Source: Longimicrobiales bacterium
GTDB lineage: Bacteria > Gemmatimonadota > Gemmatimonadetes > Longimicrobiales > Gaopeijiaceae
Direction of reading: 5' to 3'
DNA length: 64,000 bases
NCBI GenBank assembly: GCA_965249725.1
Contig: CBDFMQ010000002.1
Location: 2,240,001-2,304,000, forward strand
Shown: piece by piece, positions 21,241-31,986 of the stretch
How the letters are laid out: every line of letters starts with the position of its first letter
How positions within the stretch are numbered: the stretch's first letter is position 1
Notes under the pieces: model-generated
Told to the model about the DNA's origin: nothing
The model's database searches: none
What the model saw: the letters and a program-made list of their open reading frames with translations, nothing else
Program-made: the position numbers and the translations under genes

Positions 21241-22956
21241 ATGCAGACTGCCGAGACTGAGGCAACGTTGGGTCGCTGGATGGATGCGTTCTTCGCGTCC
21301 TACTACAGCCGACGCCCGGTCAATGCCACGTTCATCGGGGTCCATGATTGGGATCACGAGCTCCCCGACTACTCCGAGGACGGTGCGGGGGACACCATGG
21401 CGGACCTCGAGAACCTCCTGGCCAGGTCGGTGCGGATCGACGTGGACACGCTCTCGACCCATGAGCGCCTCGACCTCCGTCTGGCCCGTGGCTTTCTCGA
21501 GACCCAGATCTGGGAAATGGGCTCGGCCCACTTCCATCGGGGGAATCCCAGTCTGTATACCGGCGAGGCCGTGTTCTCCGTGCTGTCTCTCTTCCTCACC
21601 GACTTCGCCCCTTTAGCAGACCGAGTCGAAGCCGCGACGGAGCGGATGCAGGCCATCGGAGGCCTGCTGGATCAGGCCAAGGAGAACGTACGATCGGCCC
21701 CCCTGGATTGGACCGAGCAGGCCCTTGCGGAGTGCACCGGAGCCATCGCTTTCCTGACCGGAGGCGTCGAGGCCCTATGCGCCATGGCACCGATCGAGAC
21801 TCCGAGCTTCATTGCGGCGGCGGAGACCGCGGCGAGCGCGTTTCGGAAGTATCAGTCTCACCTCGACGGCGAGCTGCGGCACAACCCCTCGGCCACATGT
21901 GCCTGTGGGGAAGAGGCCCTCGACCTGTACGTCCGCAAGGGGCACTTCCTCAACCTCGATGTCGATGCCTTCGTCGAGTACGCCGAGTCGGAGATCACCG
22001 CAGCACGGACCTACCTGGACGAGCATGCAGGGGACTTCGGCTCGCCCACCACCGATGGCGCGCTCGCGCAGTTGAGCGACGCGCATCCGACGACCGACGA
22101 GTATTACGGACGATATCAAGAGATCTGGGATGCGACCCGCATCAGGGCCGAGGAGCAATCGCTGGTGACCTGGCCCGACTTTCCGATTCGGTATGTGCCC
22201 CGTCCGATCTGGTCTCGCGAAGCGGCCCCTCACCTCTACTTCCTCCACTACCGATCTCCGGCGGCCTTCAACCGGCCCCTGATTCACGACTACCTCGTAC
22301 TCCCCATCGACGGGGCCATGTCTCCAGAGGAGCAGGAGAAGCGGCTTCGGGCGACCAACGACAGCGTGATCAAGTCGAACCACGTGATCCATCACGGCAG
22401 CATCGGACACCATATTCAGAATTGGCACGCGTACCGGGCGGAGTCACGCATCGGCCGCGTCGCATCAGTCGACTGTGCGACGCGCATCGCGATGTTCTGT
22501 GGCGGTACGATGGCCGAGGGGTGGGCGACCTACGCGACCGACCTGATGGCCGAGTTCGGCGGATTGACCCCACTCGAGGAGTACGCACAGCGCCCGGGAC
22601 GCGCCCGGATGTGTGCCCGGGCGGTGGTCGACATCCGGATGCACCAGGGTCGCTTCAGCCTCGATGAAGGAGCCGAGTATTACGAACGCCGTGCGCTGTT
22701 GAACTCGGGGGCGGCCAGGTCTGAGGCTGTGAAGAACAGCATGTTCCCGGGAGCCGCCATCATGTACCTGGCCGGCAACGACGCGATCCACCAGCTCCGC
22801 GCGGAGATGACCCGACTGAGGGGAGACGACTTCGACTTGCGGGCCTTCCACGACGAGTTCCTAATCTACGGCTCGATCCCGGTGTCGCTGATCAGCGCGG
22901 ACATGAAGGCGAAGGCCGGCTTCGAAGCGACCAGCCAGAGTGAGAAGCATGAGTGA
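21241..22956 (+). CDS. DUF885 family protein
   Basis: ATFIGVHDWD, GHHIQ, EGWATYA, FHDEFLIYGSIP. Confidence 0.9.
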   Translation: MQTAETEATLGRWMDAFFASYYSRRPVNATFIGVHDWDHELPDYSEDGAGDTMADLENLLARSVRIDVDTLSTHERLDLRLARGFLETQIWEMGSAHFHRGNPSLYTGEAVFSVLSLFLTDFAPLADRVEAATERMQAIGGLLDQAKENVRSAPLDWTEQALAECTGAIAFLTGGVEALCAMAPIETPSFIAAAETAASAFRKYQSHLDGELRHNPSATCACGEEALDLYVRKGHFLNLDVDAFVEYAESEITAARTYLDEHAGDFGSPTTDGALAQLSDAHPTTDEYYGRYQEIWDATRIRAEEQSLVTWPDFPIRYVPRPIWSREAAPHLYFLHYRSPAAFNRPLIHDYLVLPIDGAMSPEEQEKRLRATNDSVIKSNHVIHHGSIGHHIQNWHAYRAESRIGRVASVDCATRIAMFCGGTMAEGWATYATDLMAEFGGLTPLEEYAQRPGRARMCARAVVDIRMHQGRFSLDEGAEYYERRALLNSGAARSEAVKNSMFPGAAIMYLAGNDAIHQLRAEMTRLRGDDFDLRAFHDEFLIYGSIPVSLISADMKAKAGFEATSQSEKHE

Positions 22957-24124
22957 AAAACTACGTGTCGCAGTGATCGGCGCCGGCCGCTGGTCGACCA
23001 TGTCTCACCTTCCCGGGTTCCAACGCTCTCCCCTGTGTGACCTCGTGACGATTTGCGATCTCGACCGGGAACTCGCCGAGGCCAGAGCCGGCCAATTCGA
23101 GGCCCAGGAGGTCGAGACGGACTACCAAGAGGTCCTGGCCCGAAGCGACATCGACGTGGTGGACATCGTCACTCGTGGAGAGCACGAAGACCTGGTGTTC
23201 GAGGTGCTCGAGGCGGGAAAGCACTGCCTTGTGGAGAAACCCGTGTGCCACCGTTATCAAGACGTATGGCGGGCCCATGAGCTCGCCGAGTCGAAGGGGT
23301 TGAAGACCAAGGTCGGGCTCACCTTCAGGTTCGCTCCGTCAATGTTGTACATGTTCGACCTGATCCAGGAGGGGTTCATCGGTCGGCCGTTCATCTTCAA
23401 CGGCTACGAGCAGAACTCGCAGTGGCTCGATCCGGACAATCCGATCGACAAGCGCATCCACAAGACCAAGCCCGTCGATGAGCCTCCCAGTGGAGAGGAC
23501 CCGACGCGAGAGGGGATCACGGTCTCGTCTCTCGAGGGGTACGGCGCGCCGATCATCGACATCGGGCTGGAGTGTATCGACAGCGACCTGTCACGGGTGT
23601 CCGGCATTCTGTCGAACATGGTCCCTGAGCGCCGCCGCACGAACCTCGACACGGAGCGCGAGCCGATCAACGTCGACGACGCCGACATGTTCATGGCGGA
23701 GGCGGAGAGCGGAGCCATCTTCTCCATTCAGTCCAGCTACGTGACGGTCGGCAACTACCCAGGGATCGAGGCCCGGGTGTATGGGTCGGAGGGAGCCATT
23801 CATGTGCGGCTCGTCGAGGAGTTCGGTGTGATCGAAATCATCCACACGGCGAAGCCGGACGCTGTGGAATTCGTGCAGCAGGAGATTCCCGAGCGGTACT
23901 TCCCTCCCGGACGGCAGCCCGACGATTGGTGGGGGACGGCGTTCTACGGCAACCTCGTCCACAGCTTCCTCGAGGAGATCATCGACCCGAGCAAGAAGAA
24001 CACAGCCAACTTCGCTCAGAGCGCTCGGGTCCAGGAAATCATCAACGCCGTCACGCTCTCCCACCGGGGGCGACGATGGGTAGACCTGCCGCTGGAGAGC
24101 GAGACAGGTAGCGGTCGTCCATGA
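22949..24124 (+). CDS. Gfo/Idh/MocA oxidoreductase
   Basis: VAVIGAG Rossmann motif; AGKHCLVEKP. Confidence 0.9.
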   Translation: MSEKLRVAVIGAGRWSTMSHLPGFQRSPLCDLVTICDLDRELAEARAGQFEAQEVETDYQEVLARSDIDVVDIVTRGEHEDLVFEVLEAGKHCLVEKPVCHRYQDVWRAHELAESKGLKTKVGLTFRFAPSMLYMFDLIQEGFIGRPFIFNGYEQNSQWLDPDNPIDKRIHKTKPVDEPPSGEDPTREGITVSSLEGYGAPIIDIGLECIDSDLSRVSGILSNMVPERRRTNLDTEREPINVDDADMFMAEAESGAIFSIQSSYVTVGNYPGIEARVYGSEGAIHVRLVEEFGVIEIIHTAKPDAVEFVQQEIPERYFPPGRQPDDWWGTAFYGNLVHSFLEEIIDPSKKNTANFAQSARVQEIINAVTLSHRGRRWVDLPLESETGSGRP

Positions 24125-24148
24125 TCGTCCTCCGTTCTAGCTCACCAC

Positions 24149-24610
24149 CTACTCGAGTGCCTCCAACAATTGGGACCGCGCTTGCTCTTCGGTGAAAACG
24201 AAGGGCTCGAGAAAGGAGCGCAGGTCCTCGGGCAACGGCTTCGGCCTCATCGTCGAGCGATCCGTGGCACACAAGATCTCGTGGCCAATCGCCGCGAGTT
24301 GCTTCGCACCGAGGTGCAGGACGTCGAAGTTCAAGCGCAACGAAGTCGTTCCGAATTTCGCCACATAGGCCGCGACCCGGAGTTGGTCGTCCAGGCGCGC
24401 CGGATACTTGAAGTCGCACTCCAGATGAACCCGAGGCAGCCACACGTCGAAGCGGTCGAAAACCTCACCGTATGAAAGGCCCGCGGATCGAAACATCTCT
24501 GTCTCCGCGATCTCGAAGAAGCGCACGTAGGCGCCATAGAAGATGATGCCTGCGTGGTCCACATCGGACCACCGAACGTACTCGTCTATCGTGAAGAGTT
24601 TCGTAGTCAT
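24149..24610 (-). CDS. Acyl-CoA thioesterase (4HBT/YbgC-like)
   Basis: VRWSDVDHAGIIFYGAYVRFFE. Confidence 0.9.
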   Translation of the reverse strand: MTTKLFTIDEYVRWSDVDHAGIIFYGAYVRFFEIAETEMFRSAGLSYGEVFDRFDVWLPRVHLECDFKYPARLDDQLRVAAYVAKFGTTSLRLNFDVLHLGAKQLAAIGHEILCATDRSTMRPKPLPEDLRSFLEPFVFTEEQARSQLLEALE

Positions 24611-24668
24611 GCCGGAACGTAGAGGGCATGGAGCGGTACGACCACCGCCCGATACCTGGAGGCTCCAC

Positions 24669-25679
24669 TTGACGCACGACCCTTCCTCCGCGGTCCCCAT
24701 TGTCGACGTCGGTCCGCTGGTGACCGGGCTGGGCGATCCGTCGGCGGTCGCCGACGCGATCGGGCTGGCATGCCGGGAAAGCGGCTTCTTCTACGTGGTC
24801 GGACACGGGGTCGGCGAGGACCTCCAAGGTCGGCTCGAGACGCTCAGTCACGCCTTCTTCGCCCAAAGCCTCGACGCGAAGCTCGAGATTCGCATGGCCC
24901 TCGCGGGCAAAGCGGGGCGGGGGTACTTCCCGGTCGGTGACGAGTTGACGTCCGGCAGGCCCGACATCAAGGAGGGGCTGTACTTCGGATCGGAGCTGGG
25001 CGAAGACGACGCGAGGGTACGAGCGGGCCTCCCACTGCACGGACCGAACCTCTTCCCCGCCGAGATTCCGGGCTTCGGTGACACCATTCTGGAGTACATG
25101 GCGGCCCTCACGGATCTCGGGCACGCTCTCATGCGGGGTGTGGCCCTCAGCCTCGGACTGGAGCCCGGCTACTTCCGCGACCGCTACATGGCCGACCCCC
25201 TCACCCTGTTCCGCATCTTCCACTACCCACCCGTCACGCTGGACCCCGACGCCGAGGAACAGTGGGGGGTCGGTGAACACACCGACTATGGGGTCCTCAC
25301 CATCCTGCGGCAGGACAACGTGGGAGGGCTCCAGGTGAAGACCGAGGGACGGTGGATCGATGCTCCCCCAGTGCCCGACTCGTTCGTCTGCAACATCGGG
25401 GACATGCTGGACCGCCTGACCCGCGGCCTGTACCGATCGAATCCGCACCGTGTGCAAAACGTCTCCGGACGAAACCGGCTCTCGTTCCCCTTCTTCTTCG
25501 ATCCGGGGTTCGAGGCGCGGGTCGAACCCGTCGACCTCAGTGGGGTCGCAGTGCCCGCGGACGACAAGCAGGAGCGCTGGGACCAGGCCAGCGCACACGA
25601 GTTCGAAGGCACCTACGGGGATTATGTGCTGAGCAAGGTCTCGAAGGTGTTCCCGGAGCTGCGACGCGAGGTGATGTAG
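24669..25679 (+). CDS. 2OG-Fe(II) oxygenase, isopenicillin N synthase family
   Basis: GFFYVVGHG, HTDYG, HRV, RLSFPFF. Confidence 0.95.
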   Translation: MTHDPSSAVPIVDVGPLVTGLGDPSAVADAIGLACRESGFFYVVGHGVGEDLQGRLETLSHAFFAQSLDAKLEIRMALAGKAGRGYFPVGDELTSGRPDIKEGLYFGSELGEDDARVRAGLPLHGPNLFPAEIPGFGDTILEYMAALTDLGHALMRGVALSLGLEPGYFRDRYMADPLTLFRIFHYPPVTLDPDAEEQWGVGEHTDYGVLTILRQDNVGGLQVKTEGRWIDAPPVPDSFVCNIGDMLDRLTRGLYRSNPHRVQNVSGRNRLSFPFFFDPGFEARVEPVDLSGVAVPADDKQERWDQASAHEFEGTYGDYVLSKVSKVFPELRREVM

Positions 25680-25772
25680 AAAGAGCCGGCTCGCGCGCTT
25701 CGCTTGTTCTCCACATGTTTGTCGCGCAGAGGAATCCCGTTCCGTTGGATGGCACTGTGTGAGCCTGTCGCA

Positions 25773-28061
25773 ATGAGCCCCATACGCAAACTCCTTACCG
25801 AAGCGCACCGTCGGGGCCTGCTGCGTGTGTTGGGGATCTTCGTAGGCGGGGGCTGGGGTGTGCTCCAGGTCCTCGATCTCTTCATCGAGCGAGGTTTCGT
25901 GCCCGAGTGGGTCTTTGAGGGGGCGCTCCTCGCGCTGGTCCTTGGGCTGCCGGTCGTTCTGACGACGGCGTTCGTCCAAGGGGGCCGAAGAGCCGCCGAG
26001 GCGGCAGAGGGCGAGAGAGCAGAACCGTCGGACGCCGAGCACGGGCTCGACGTAGCGGACTTCTTCACATGGAATCGGGCGATCCTCGGTGGGGTGCTCT
26101 CGTTCGCCCTTCTCGGCGTCGCGGCGTCGGGCTACATGGTCATGCGCGTCACCGGGATCGGGGCACCTGCGACCCTAGCGGCGCAGGGCGTTTTTGAGGT
26201 CGGAAGTCGTGTCGTGCTCGCGGACTTCGAGAGCTCGGCCGGTGACGTCGCCCCCGGTGACCTCGTGACCGAGGCGCTTCGTATCGATCTGGAGCAGTCG
26301 ACGGCCCTCACGCTGGTTGAATCGAGCGAAATCTCCTCAACGTTAGAGCGCATGCTGCGTGAGTCGGGGGAGTCCATGACGGAGGAAGTCGCCCTCGAGG
26401 TCGCGATACGTACAGGCGCGGCTGCGGTCATCAGTGGAGAAATCGGCCGACTCGGCGCCGCCTTCGTCCTCACCGCCCGGATCCTGGAAGCGGAATCGGG
26501 TGACGGGTTGGCTTCCTTTCGCGTCACTGCAAGCGATGCCGACGACCTGATCGGCGCGATCGACGACCTCTCAGCGAAAGTGCGGAGCAAGGTCGGCGAG
26601 TCTTTGCGGTCGGTCGCGACGACCGAGCCTCTGACGCGGGTAACGACCACCTCACTCGAGGCGCTTCGAAAGCACACGGCTGCCGTTCACAACGTCGGAC
26701 GTGGAGCGATATCGCCCTCCACCGCCCAGCAGCTACTGTTGGATGCCGTCCGTCTCGACTCGACGTTCGCGGCCGCATACCGCCCACTCTCCGTGATCAT
26801 TCGCAACTACGGTGGTGACCGAGAACTGGCGCAGACCGCTGCCGAAGCCGCCTTCCGTCATCGGGAGCGTCTTCCTGAGCGGGAACGGCTCATCGTCGAG
26901 GCCAGCTATCACACGTTCAGCTCTGGAGATGAAGGCAGGGCGATCCGGGCCTATCGGGCGCTCTTGGCTCTCGATTCGACTGACGCAACGGCCGCCGGAA
27001 ACCTCTCGGACGCGCTCATGTACGCCGGGCAGTACGAGGAGTCGGTTCGCGTCCTACACCGGACCCCCAACTGGGAGAACCAGCCCTACACGTGGAATCT
27101 CACCACGTCGCTTGTCGCGTTGAACCGCCTGGATGAGGTGCTGGCCGCGCGCGATACGGCAGAGACCGCCCAACCGAACAACCCCTATAGTGCAGCGACC
27201 AGGACGCTGGCCCTCGCGATGTCGGGCGAGGTGGAGGCCGCTCGGACCGCGATCGAGGGTTCCCCGGAGGCGTCGGATCCGGGTGACCTCTGGCGCTCCT
27301 ACGTGAGGGGGGTGATCCATGTCCTCTCGGGCGAGTTGAGGAGCTGGGATCGGGGCGCCCAGCTCCGCGACGCGATCTACGTCGACGCTCAGGACTCCTC
27401 CGGTCGCCTGCACTACGGCTTGGCCGGGCCCTGGGTCACGGCTTGGGTGCGCGGAGACCCTACCCGAGCCGCACGTGAGTTGGAGGCTCATCTCGCGCGG
27501 ATGGACCTCCCCTCCCTGTCCCCGTTCAATCGCAACTACCCGCAGATCGGTCTGACGTACGCGATGCTGGCGGACGAGACCGCGGCGAGAGAGATGCTCG
27601 ACCTCTACCATGTGGAGGCCGCATCTATTGCCGATCCCGCCTCCAGGAGTCGCGTGCAGATCGCTGAGGCTCTCCTGAGTGTCCAAGCGCGCGGAGCCGC
27701 TGGTCTCGTCGATCTCGAGGCGGCGGTCCGATCAGACCGCTGCGCGCGCTGCCGAGATTTCTATCTCGGACACGGCTATGAGCTCACCGATCGAACCGAG
27801 CAGGCCATCGACGCCTACGAGCGCTACCTCGCCTTCCCGTTCTACGACGGGGACACCTACGTGACACACCTGTTCACGTCTGCCGTGCATGAGCGGCTTG
27901 GCCGCCTGTACGAAGAGGCCGGGAATGCTGAGCAGGCCAGTGAGCACTATCTGCGCTTCGCCGAGCTGTGGGCCAACGCGGACCCGGACCTCCAGCCACG
28001 CGTGCGTCAGGCTGCTGAGCGAGCTGCGGCCCTTCAGCCGCCCGCTCGGCGGACCAACTAG
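25773..28061 (+). CDS. Membrane-anchored TPR protein with TolB-N-like domain
   Basis: N-terminal TM helices; helical repeats ending WANADPDLQPRV. Confidence 0.8.
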   Translation: MSPIRKLLTEAHRRGLLRVLGIFVGGGWGVLQVLDLFIERGFVPEWVFEGALLALVLGLPVVLTTAFVQGGRRAAEAAEGERAEPSDAEHGLDVADFFTWNRAILGGVLSFALLGVAASGYMVMRVTGIGAPATLAAQGVFEVGSRVVLADFESSAGDVAPGDLVTEALRIDLEQSTALTLVESSEISSTLERMLRESGESMTEEVALEVAIRTGAAAVISGEIGRLGAAFVLTARILEAESGDGLASFRVTASDADDLIGAIDDLSAKVRSKVGESLRSVATTEPLTRVTTTSLEALRKHTAAVHNVGRGAISPSTAQQLLLDAVRLDSTFAAAYRPLSVIIRNYGGDRELAQTAAEAAFRHRERLPERERLIVEASYHTFSSGDEGRAIRAYRALLALDSTDATAAGNLSDALMYAGQYEESVRVLHRTPNWENQPYTWNLTTSLVALNRLDEVLAARDTAETAQPNNPYSAATRTLALAMSGEVEAARTAIEGSPEASDPGDLWRSYVRGVIHVLSGELRSWDRGAQLRDAIYVDAQDSSGRLHYGLAGPWVTAWVRGDPTRAARELEAHLARMDLPSLSPFNRNYPQIGLTYAMLADETAAREMLDLYHVEAASIADPASRSRVQIAEALLSVQARGAAGLVDLEAAVRSDRCARCRDFYLGHGYELTDRTEQAIDAYERYLAFPFYDGDTYVTHLFTSAVHERLGRLYEEAGNAEQASEHYLRFAELWANADPDLQPRVRQAAERAAALQPPARRTN

Positions 28062-29398
28062 AACGCCCACCAAAGACGGAGTCCGACGCGTCGCTCGTCC
28101 CCGTCGTCCGCCTCGGCCTGAACTTGCTGGTAGGCAGACAGCAACAGCCCGGCGTTCCGCACCACTCGATACCCCAACGACCCTTCGTAGCGGTATACGT
28201 CGTGGTCCCAATCAGCCGTGCCGCCCGGCAGGGGTGAGGCAGGACCCAGCCCGTCATCGATGGCCCGGAAGTCGATCAGGCCACCGCGCACGGCAGCGAA
28301 GAAGCCGGCCGCCAAGTCCCGCTGCACCTCCAGGTTGATGCTGACCTCCATGGGCCTGCCCACGACGTTCGGCACCTCCCAACGGTCGACAAGCGCCTCC
28401 ACGCGTACCACCGTCGGTCCGCGCTCGAGGCTGATATCCGCGGAGAACAACTCCTGATCGAACTCCCGGCGTCCTGGCGCTTCGGTACCGAGGGGGGAAC
28501 CTGGAGGCGGCCGGATCGTACCGTCGATGATGTCCTCCATCCACGGACCTCGATTGTACGCGATGCCGATTTCCAGCGACGCGGACGGTCTCATGCGCGC
28601 ACCCACGACCCATGAGGGGCGCTCGAACCGACTCCATTTAAACCTCCAGGACTTGGGCCCGCTCGACGGCGCACTGTTCATGGCGGCGGCACGGAGATCG
28701 AGGGGACCGAGCCTGCCGAACACCATCGCGCCCCACTGGTACGGTACCTCCCACACGGGCGGTGACCCGGGACGGTCGACATCCTCCGGTGCATCTTTCC
28801 AGTACAAGAAGTCCGGAGCGTCCATGGGCGCCCGCCAACGATTCATCACGGATCGGTATTCATAGGCGAGCGGCGGCCCGATGAAGTAGTCGACCGTCGA
28901 GAGGTGCCACGTCGGGTACGCACCAAAGGGTGTTGCGAAGCGGCCGGCCTGAATGCCCACGGCCGCTGAGCCGCTCACGAGCCTCACAAAGGCCTGCTTG
29001 ATTTCAGACCGCGGCGAGCCGTCCACCGCATCCGAACCACCGTCGCTCCGGAGCTCTAAGAGCGAATAGAGGTGATCGCCGAGGAACAGATCCGCGAAGA
29101 TCCGCAGCCGGTGTGTACCAAGCGCGTCCTCGGCTCGACGAAGCTGTCTCGCGACGTTGACATGACAGGTCTCACAATCCGTGTTTGAAGGCGTGGCCCC
29201 CCATGCGCGGGTGATGTGCATTGCCTCTAGATCAAGTTGGCCAGACACGGAGACCTGAAAGCCGCCAGAGCTCGAGATGTACTCGGCGCCGAGGGCGGGG
29301 AACTCGGGGAGCTGCGCGGTGGCCCCCGAGGAGAGCCCTGCGCCCGCGACCAGCCCCACACTAAGCGCCGAGGGAATGCGGGTCAGCCACCCCCTCAA
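28058..29398 (-). CDS. Putative outer-membrane beta-barrel (start uncertain)
   Basis: Signal-like N-terminus, GRFATPFG, C-terminal LWWAF; contains CETCH. Confidence 0.65.
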   Translation of the reverse strand: MRGWLTRIPSALSVGLVAGAGLSSGATAQLPEFPALGAEYISSSGGFQVSVSGQLDLEAMHITRAWGATPSNTDCETCHVNVARQLRRAEDALGTHRLRIFADLFLGDHLYSLLELRSDGGSDAVDGSPRSEIKQAFVRLVSGSAAVGIQAGRFATPFGAYPTWHLSTVDYFIGPPLAYEYRSVMNRWRAPMDAPDFLYWKDAPEDVDRPGSPPVWEVPYQWGAMVFGRLGPLDLRAAAMNSAPSSGPKSWRFKWSRFERPSWVVGARMRPSASLEIGIAYNRGPWMEDIIDGTIRPPPGSPLGTEAPGRREFDQELFSADISLERGPTVVRVEALVDRWEVPNVVGRPMEVSINLEVQRDLAAGFFAAVRGGLIDFRAIDDGLGPASPLPGGTADWDHDVYRYEGSLGYRVVRNAGLLLSAYQQVQAEADDGDERRVGLRLWWAF

Positions 29399-29556
29399 GG
29401 GAAGTTCGTCCCGGCCGCTCGTAGGCCGTCTGGACCGGTGTATTTCTGGGCTTGCGCTATAGACGGGAGCACGAACAACGCGATGAGAATAGAAACGACG
29501 GAACGTTGCATGATGACCTCTGGAGTCGAGATGGATCAGGTAACGGGGTCTTGGAG

Positions 29557-30297
29557 TCAGTGGCTGAGAATCTTGCCGACGAACTCCTGGCACCGCGCCG
29601 TCTGAGGGTTGTTGAAGATCCGGTCCGCGGAGCCTTCCTCGATCACCTTGCCTCGATCCATCATGACGACCTTCGTGGAGATCTCACGAACCAATCCCAT
29701 CTCGTGAGAGACGATCAGCATGGTCATCCCGTCGGCGGCCAAGATGCGGATCGCGTCGAGCACCTCACTGACCAGCTCAGGATCGAGCGCCGACGTCACC
29801 TCGTCCAGAAGTAGGATGTCCGGCTTGAGCGCCAGGGCCCGAGCGATCGCCACCCGTTGCTGCTGGCCGCCTGACAGCTCGTCAGGATACGCGTGCAGCT
29901 TGTCGCCGAGACCCACCTTCTGGAGAAGAGCGGTCGCTTCCTCCTCGACCTCGCGGGCATTGCGCTTGCGTATCTTGACCGGTGCGACTGTCACATTGCG
30001 CAGTGCGTCCATGTTCTGAAACAGGTTGTATTGCTGAAAGACGATGGCCAGCCGCTCCCGGAGCGCCTTCACGCTCTTCTTGTTCCCGTAATCGATCTTC
30101 TCTCCGTCCAGTATCACCGCGCCGGACTTCGGCACCAGGAGCCCCATGAGGCTCCTCAACAACGAGCTTTTCCCCGAGCCCGAAGGGCCGATCACGCTGA
30201 CGATCTCTCCCTTCCCGACCTGAATGCTGACTTCGTCGAGTACCAGATTCTTCCCGTCGTAGCTCGCAGTGAGGCGGTCGATTTCTAGGTGGTGCAT
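29557..30297 (-). CDS. Polar amino acid ABC transporter ATP-binding protein
   Basis: GPSGSGKS, LSGGQQQRVAIARAL, DEVTSALDPE. Confidence 0.95.
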   Translation of the reverse strand: MHHLEIDRLTASYDGKNLVLDEVSIQVGKGEIVSVIGPSGSGKSSLLRSLMGLLVPKSGAVILDGEKIDYGNKKSVKALRERLAIVFQQYNLFQNMDALRNVTVAPVKIRKRNAREVEEEATALLQKVGLGDKLHAYPDELSGGQQQRVAIARALALKPDILLLDEVTSALDPELVSEVLDAIRILAADGMTMLIVSHEMGLVREISTKVVMMDRGKVIEEGSADRIFNNPQTARCQEFVGKILSH

Positions 30298-31211
30298 GGG
30301 ACGGAGATCCGGAACAGCTCTCCGGGATTGGTCGAGTTCATCGTGCGGATCTCCCCTTCACTGAAACCGGCGCTCTCCAAGAGCAACATGTACTCCCGAA
30401 ACGCCTCGACCGGCGGCGGCAGCAGGAAGATACCCGCGTCGCTCGAGACAATGGCCCCTTCGGGGGTCGCGGCCCGAATCCTCGGAGCCATCTCGTCGAT
30501 GGTCATGCCCTTCGCTCGGTGCTTTTCCTTGTCCACGTGGGTCAAGCCCACCTGCGTCGCATGCGTCAGGACGAAGAACGAAAATTCGGCATACGCACCG
30601 GCGGCGACGATGGCCTTAATCTCATCTTCGGCGTAGCGTGCCGCATGGGTCCGCAGTCGCTTGAGTCCTCTCCGCTGCCCTTCCTCGACCAACGCGACGG
30701 CTTCGTGCCCGGCGACATGACCGCAGTCGAAGACCGCATCTGCCTCGGCGACCAGATCCATGATCTCCAGCACCACGTCCGGCACCTTGCCCGACTTCGG
30801 CACCGAGAAGGTCGTCTCGAGGAATCCAGGACTTCGGCCCTCACGCTCGGCGACATGCCGCGTGTGATGGGTTGGCAGCGAGACGAAGCGAGCGCCCGGT
30901 CCCGGTCCGTACCCGTATGCCAATGCCGTGCGTGCGGCCTCGACCGTGACCCCGCCAGCCATCGGCTGCATGATGATCCCCCCGAACACCTCGACGCCCA
31001 AGGACCCGAGTTCGGCCATGGCCAGCGCGGCAAGGCCTGAGCTGTTGCCGAAGTTGTCCATCAGGCCGATGGCACGAATGCCGGCGTCTGCCGCTTGTCG
31101 TGTCGCCTCGAACACGTTGATCGACCGGCCGTTGATGTGCGGGCAGACATGGGTATGGCAGTCGATCGCACCTCGTAGATACTGCATCCCGGGACTCGTC
31201 GATGTCGTCAT
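30285..31211 (-). CDS. Amidohydrolase-superfamily protein (DUF6282-like)
   Basis: GAIDCHTH, SSDAG, NPGEL. Confidence 0.8.
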   Translation of the reverse strand: MTTSTSPGMQYLRGAIDCHTHVCPHINGRSINVFEATRQAADAGIRAIGLMDNFGNSSGLAALAMAELGSLGVEVFGGIIMQPMAGGVTVEAARTALAYGYGPGPGARFVSLPTHHTRHVAEREGRSPGFLETTFSVPKSGKVPDVVLEIMDLVAEADAVFDCGHVAGHEAVALVEEGQRRGLKRLRTHAARYAEDEIKAIVAAGAYAEFSFFVLTHATQVGLTHVDKEKHRAKGMTIDEMAPRIRAATPEGAIVSSDAGIFLLPPPVEAFREYMLLLESAGFSEGEIRTMNSTNPGELFRISVPCTT

Positions 31212-31242
31212 TTTTCACGTCGGTTGGAGTGGTTGGTCGCTG

Positions 31243-31986
31243 TCATGCAGCACCGGCCTCGGGAAGCAGCGCGTGGGGCGGCGGTGGGTCGCCCGACTTC
31301 CAGCCACGAGGCCGCTCCAGCTTCTTCTCGAGCCTTCGTGCGTAGAGGTTGAGCGGGTAGCAGATGAGGAAATATAGAACGAGCAGTGACCCGAAGCTCA
31401 GGACGGGCGAGAACCCCTTCTGGTTCAGGACCTTCGCGGCGTAGGTCAACTCGAAAACGGAGATTTGCGAGGCGATCGACGTCGACTTGATGAGGCCGAC
31501 CGTGAAGCTCAGTGCTGGCGGCAGAATGACCTTCCACGACTGCGGCAACGCCCAGAGTCTGAGGCTCATGACGCCGCCCATGTTCATGGATTCCGACGCG
31601 TCCCACTGACTCTCGGGTAATGACTCGAGCCCAGCGCGTATGATCTCCGCTGAAAAGGCCGCTGCGGCCAGCGCAACCGTGGTCGCCGTGACGGTGAACA
31701 TGGAGACGCTGAGACCGACTACCTCAAAGGCGAAAAAGACCACCATCAGCTTTACCAGGAAGGGAACCCGCCGGAACGTCTCGCTAAACCCGACGGACAG
31801 GACGCGCGCGGGCAACAAGTCAACCACATGGCGGTTACGAATGAAGGCAAGCAGCGAGCCAACGGAGTACCCGATGACGCAGCCGACGATCGACAGGGCC
31901 ACGGTCGCGCCAAAGGCCTTGGCCAGAAACGCCATATTTGAATACGACAGGAAAAGTGGCAGCTGCTCCAGGAGGGACCCACCCAT
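31243..31986 (-). CDS. Amino acid ABC permease
   Basis: FRRVPFLV, AEIIRAGLES EAA loop. Confidence 0.9.
   Translation of the reverse strand: MGGSLLEQLPLFLSYSNMAFLAKAFGATVALSIVGCVIGYSVGSLLAFIRNRHVVDLLPARVLSVGFSETFRRVPFLVKLMVVFFAFEVVGLSVSMFTVTATTVALAAAAFSAEIIRAGLESLPESQWDASESMNMGGVMSLRLWALPQSWKVILPPALSFTVGLIKSTSIASQISVFELTYAAKVLNQKGFSPVLSFGSLLVLYFLICYPLNLYARRLEKKLERPRGWKSGDPPPPHALLPEAGAA

Noticed and set aside
24465..26042. 525-aa minus-strand ORF
   Set aside because: Antisense shadow of the 2OG oxygenase and TPR genes in high-GC DNA
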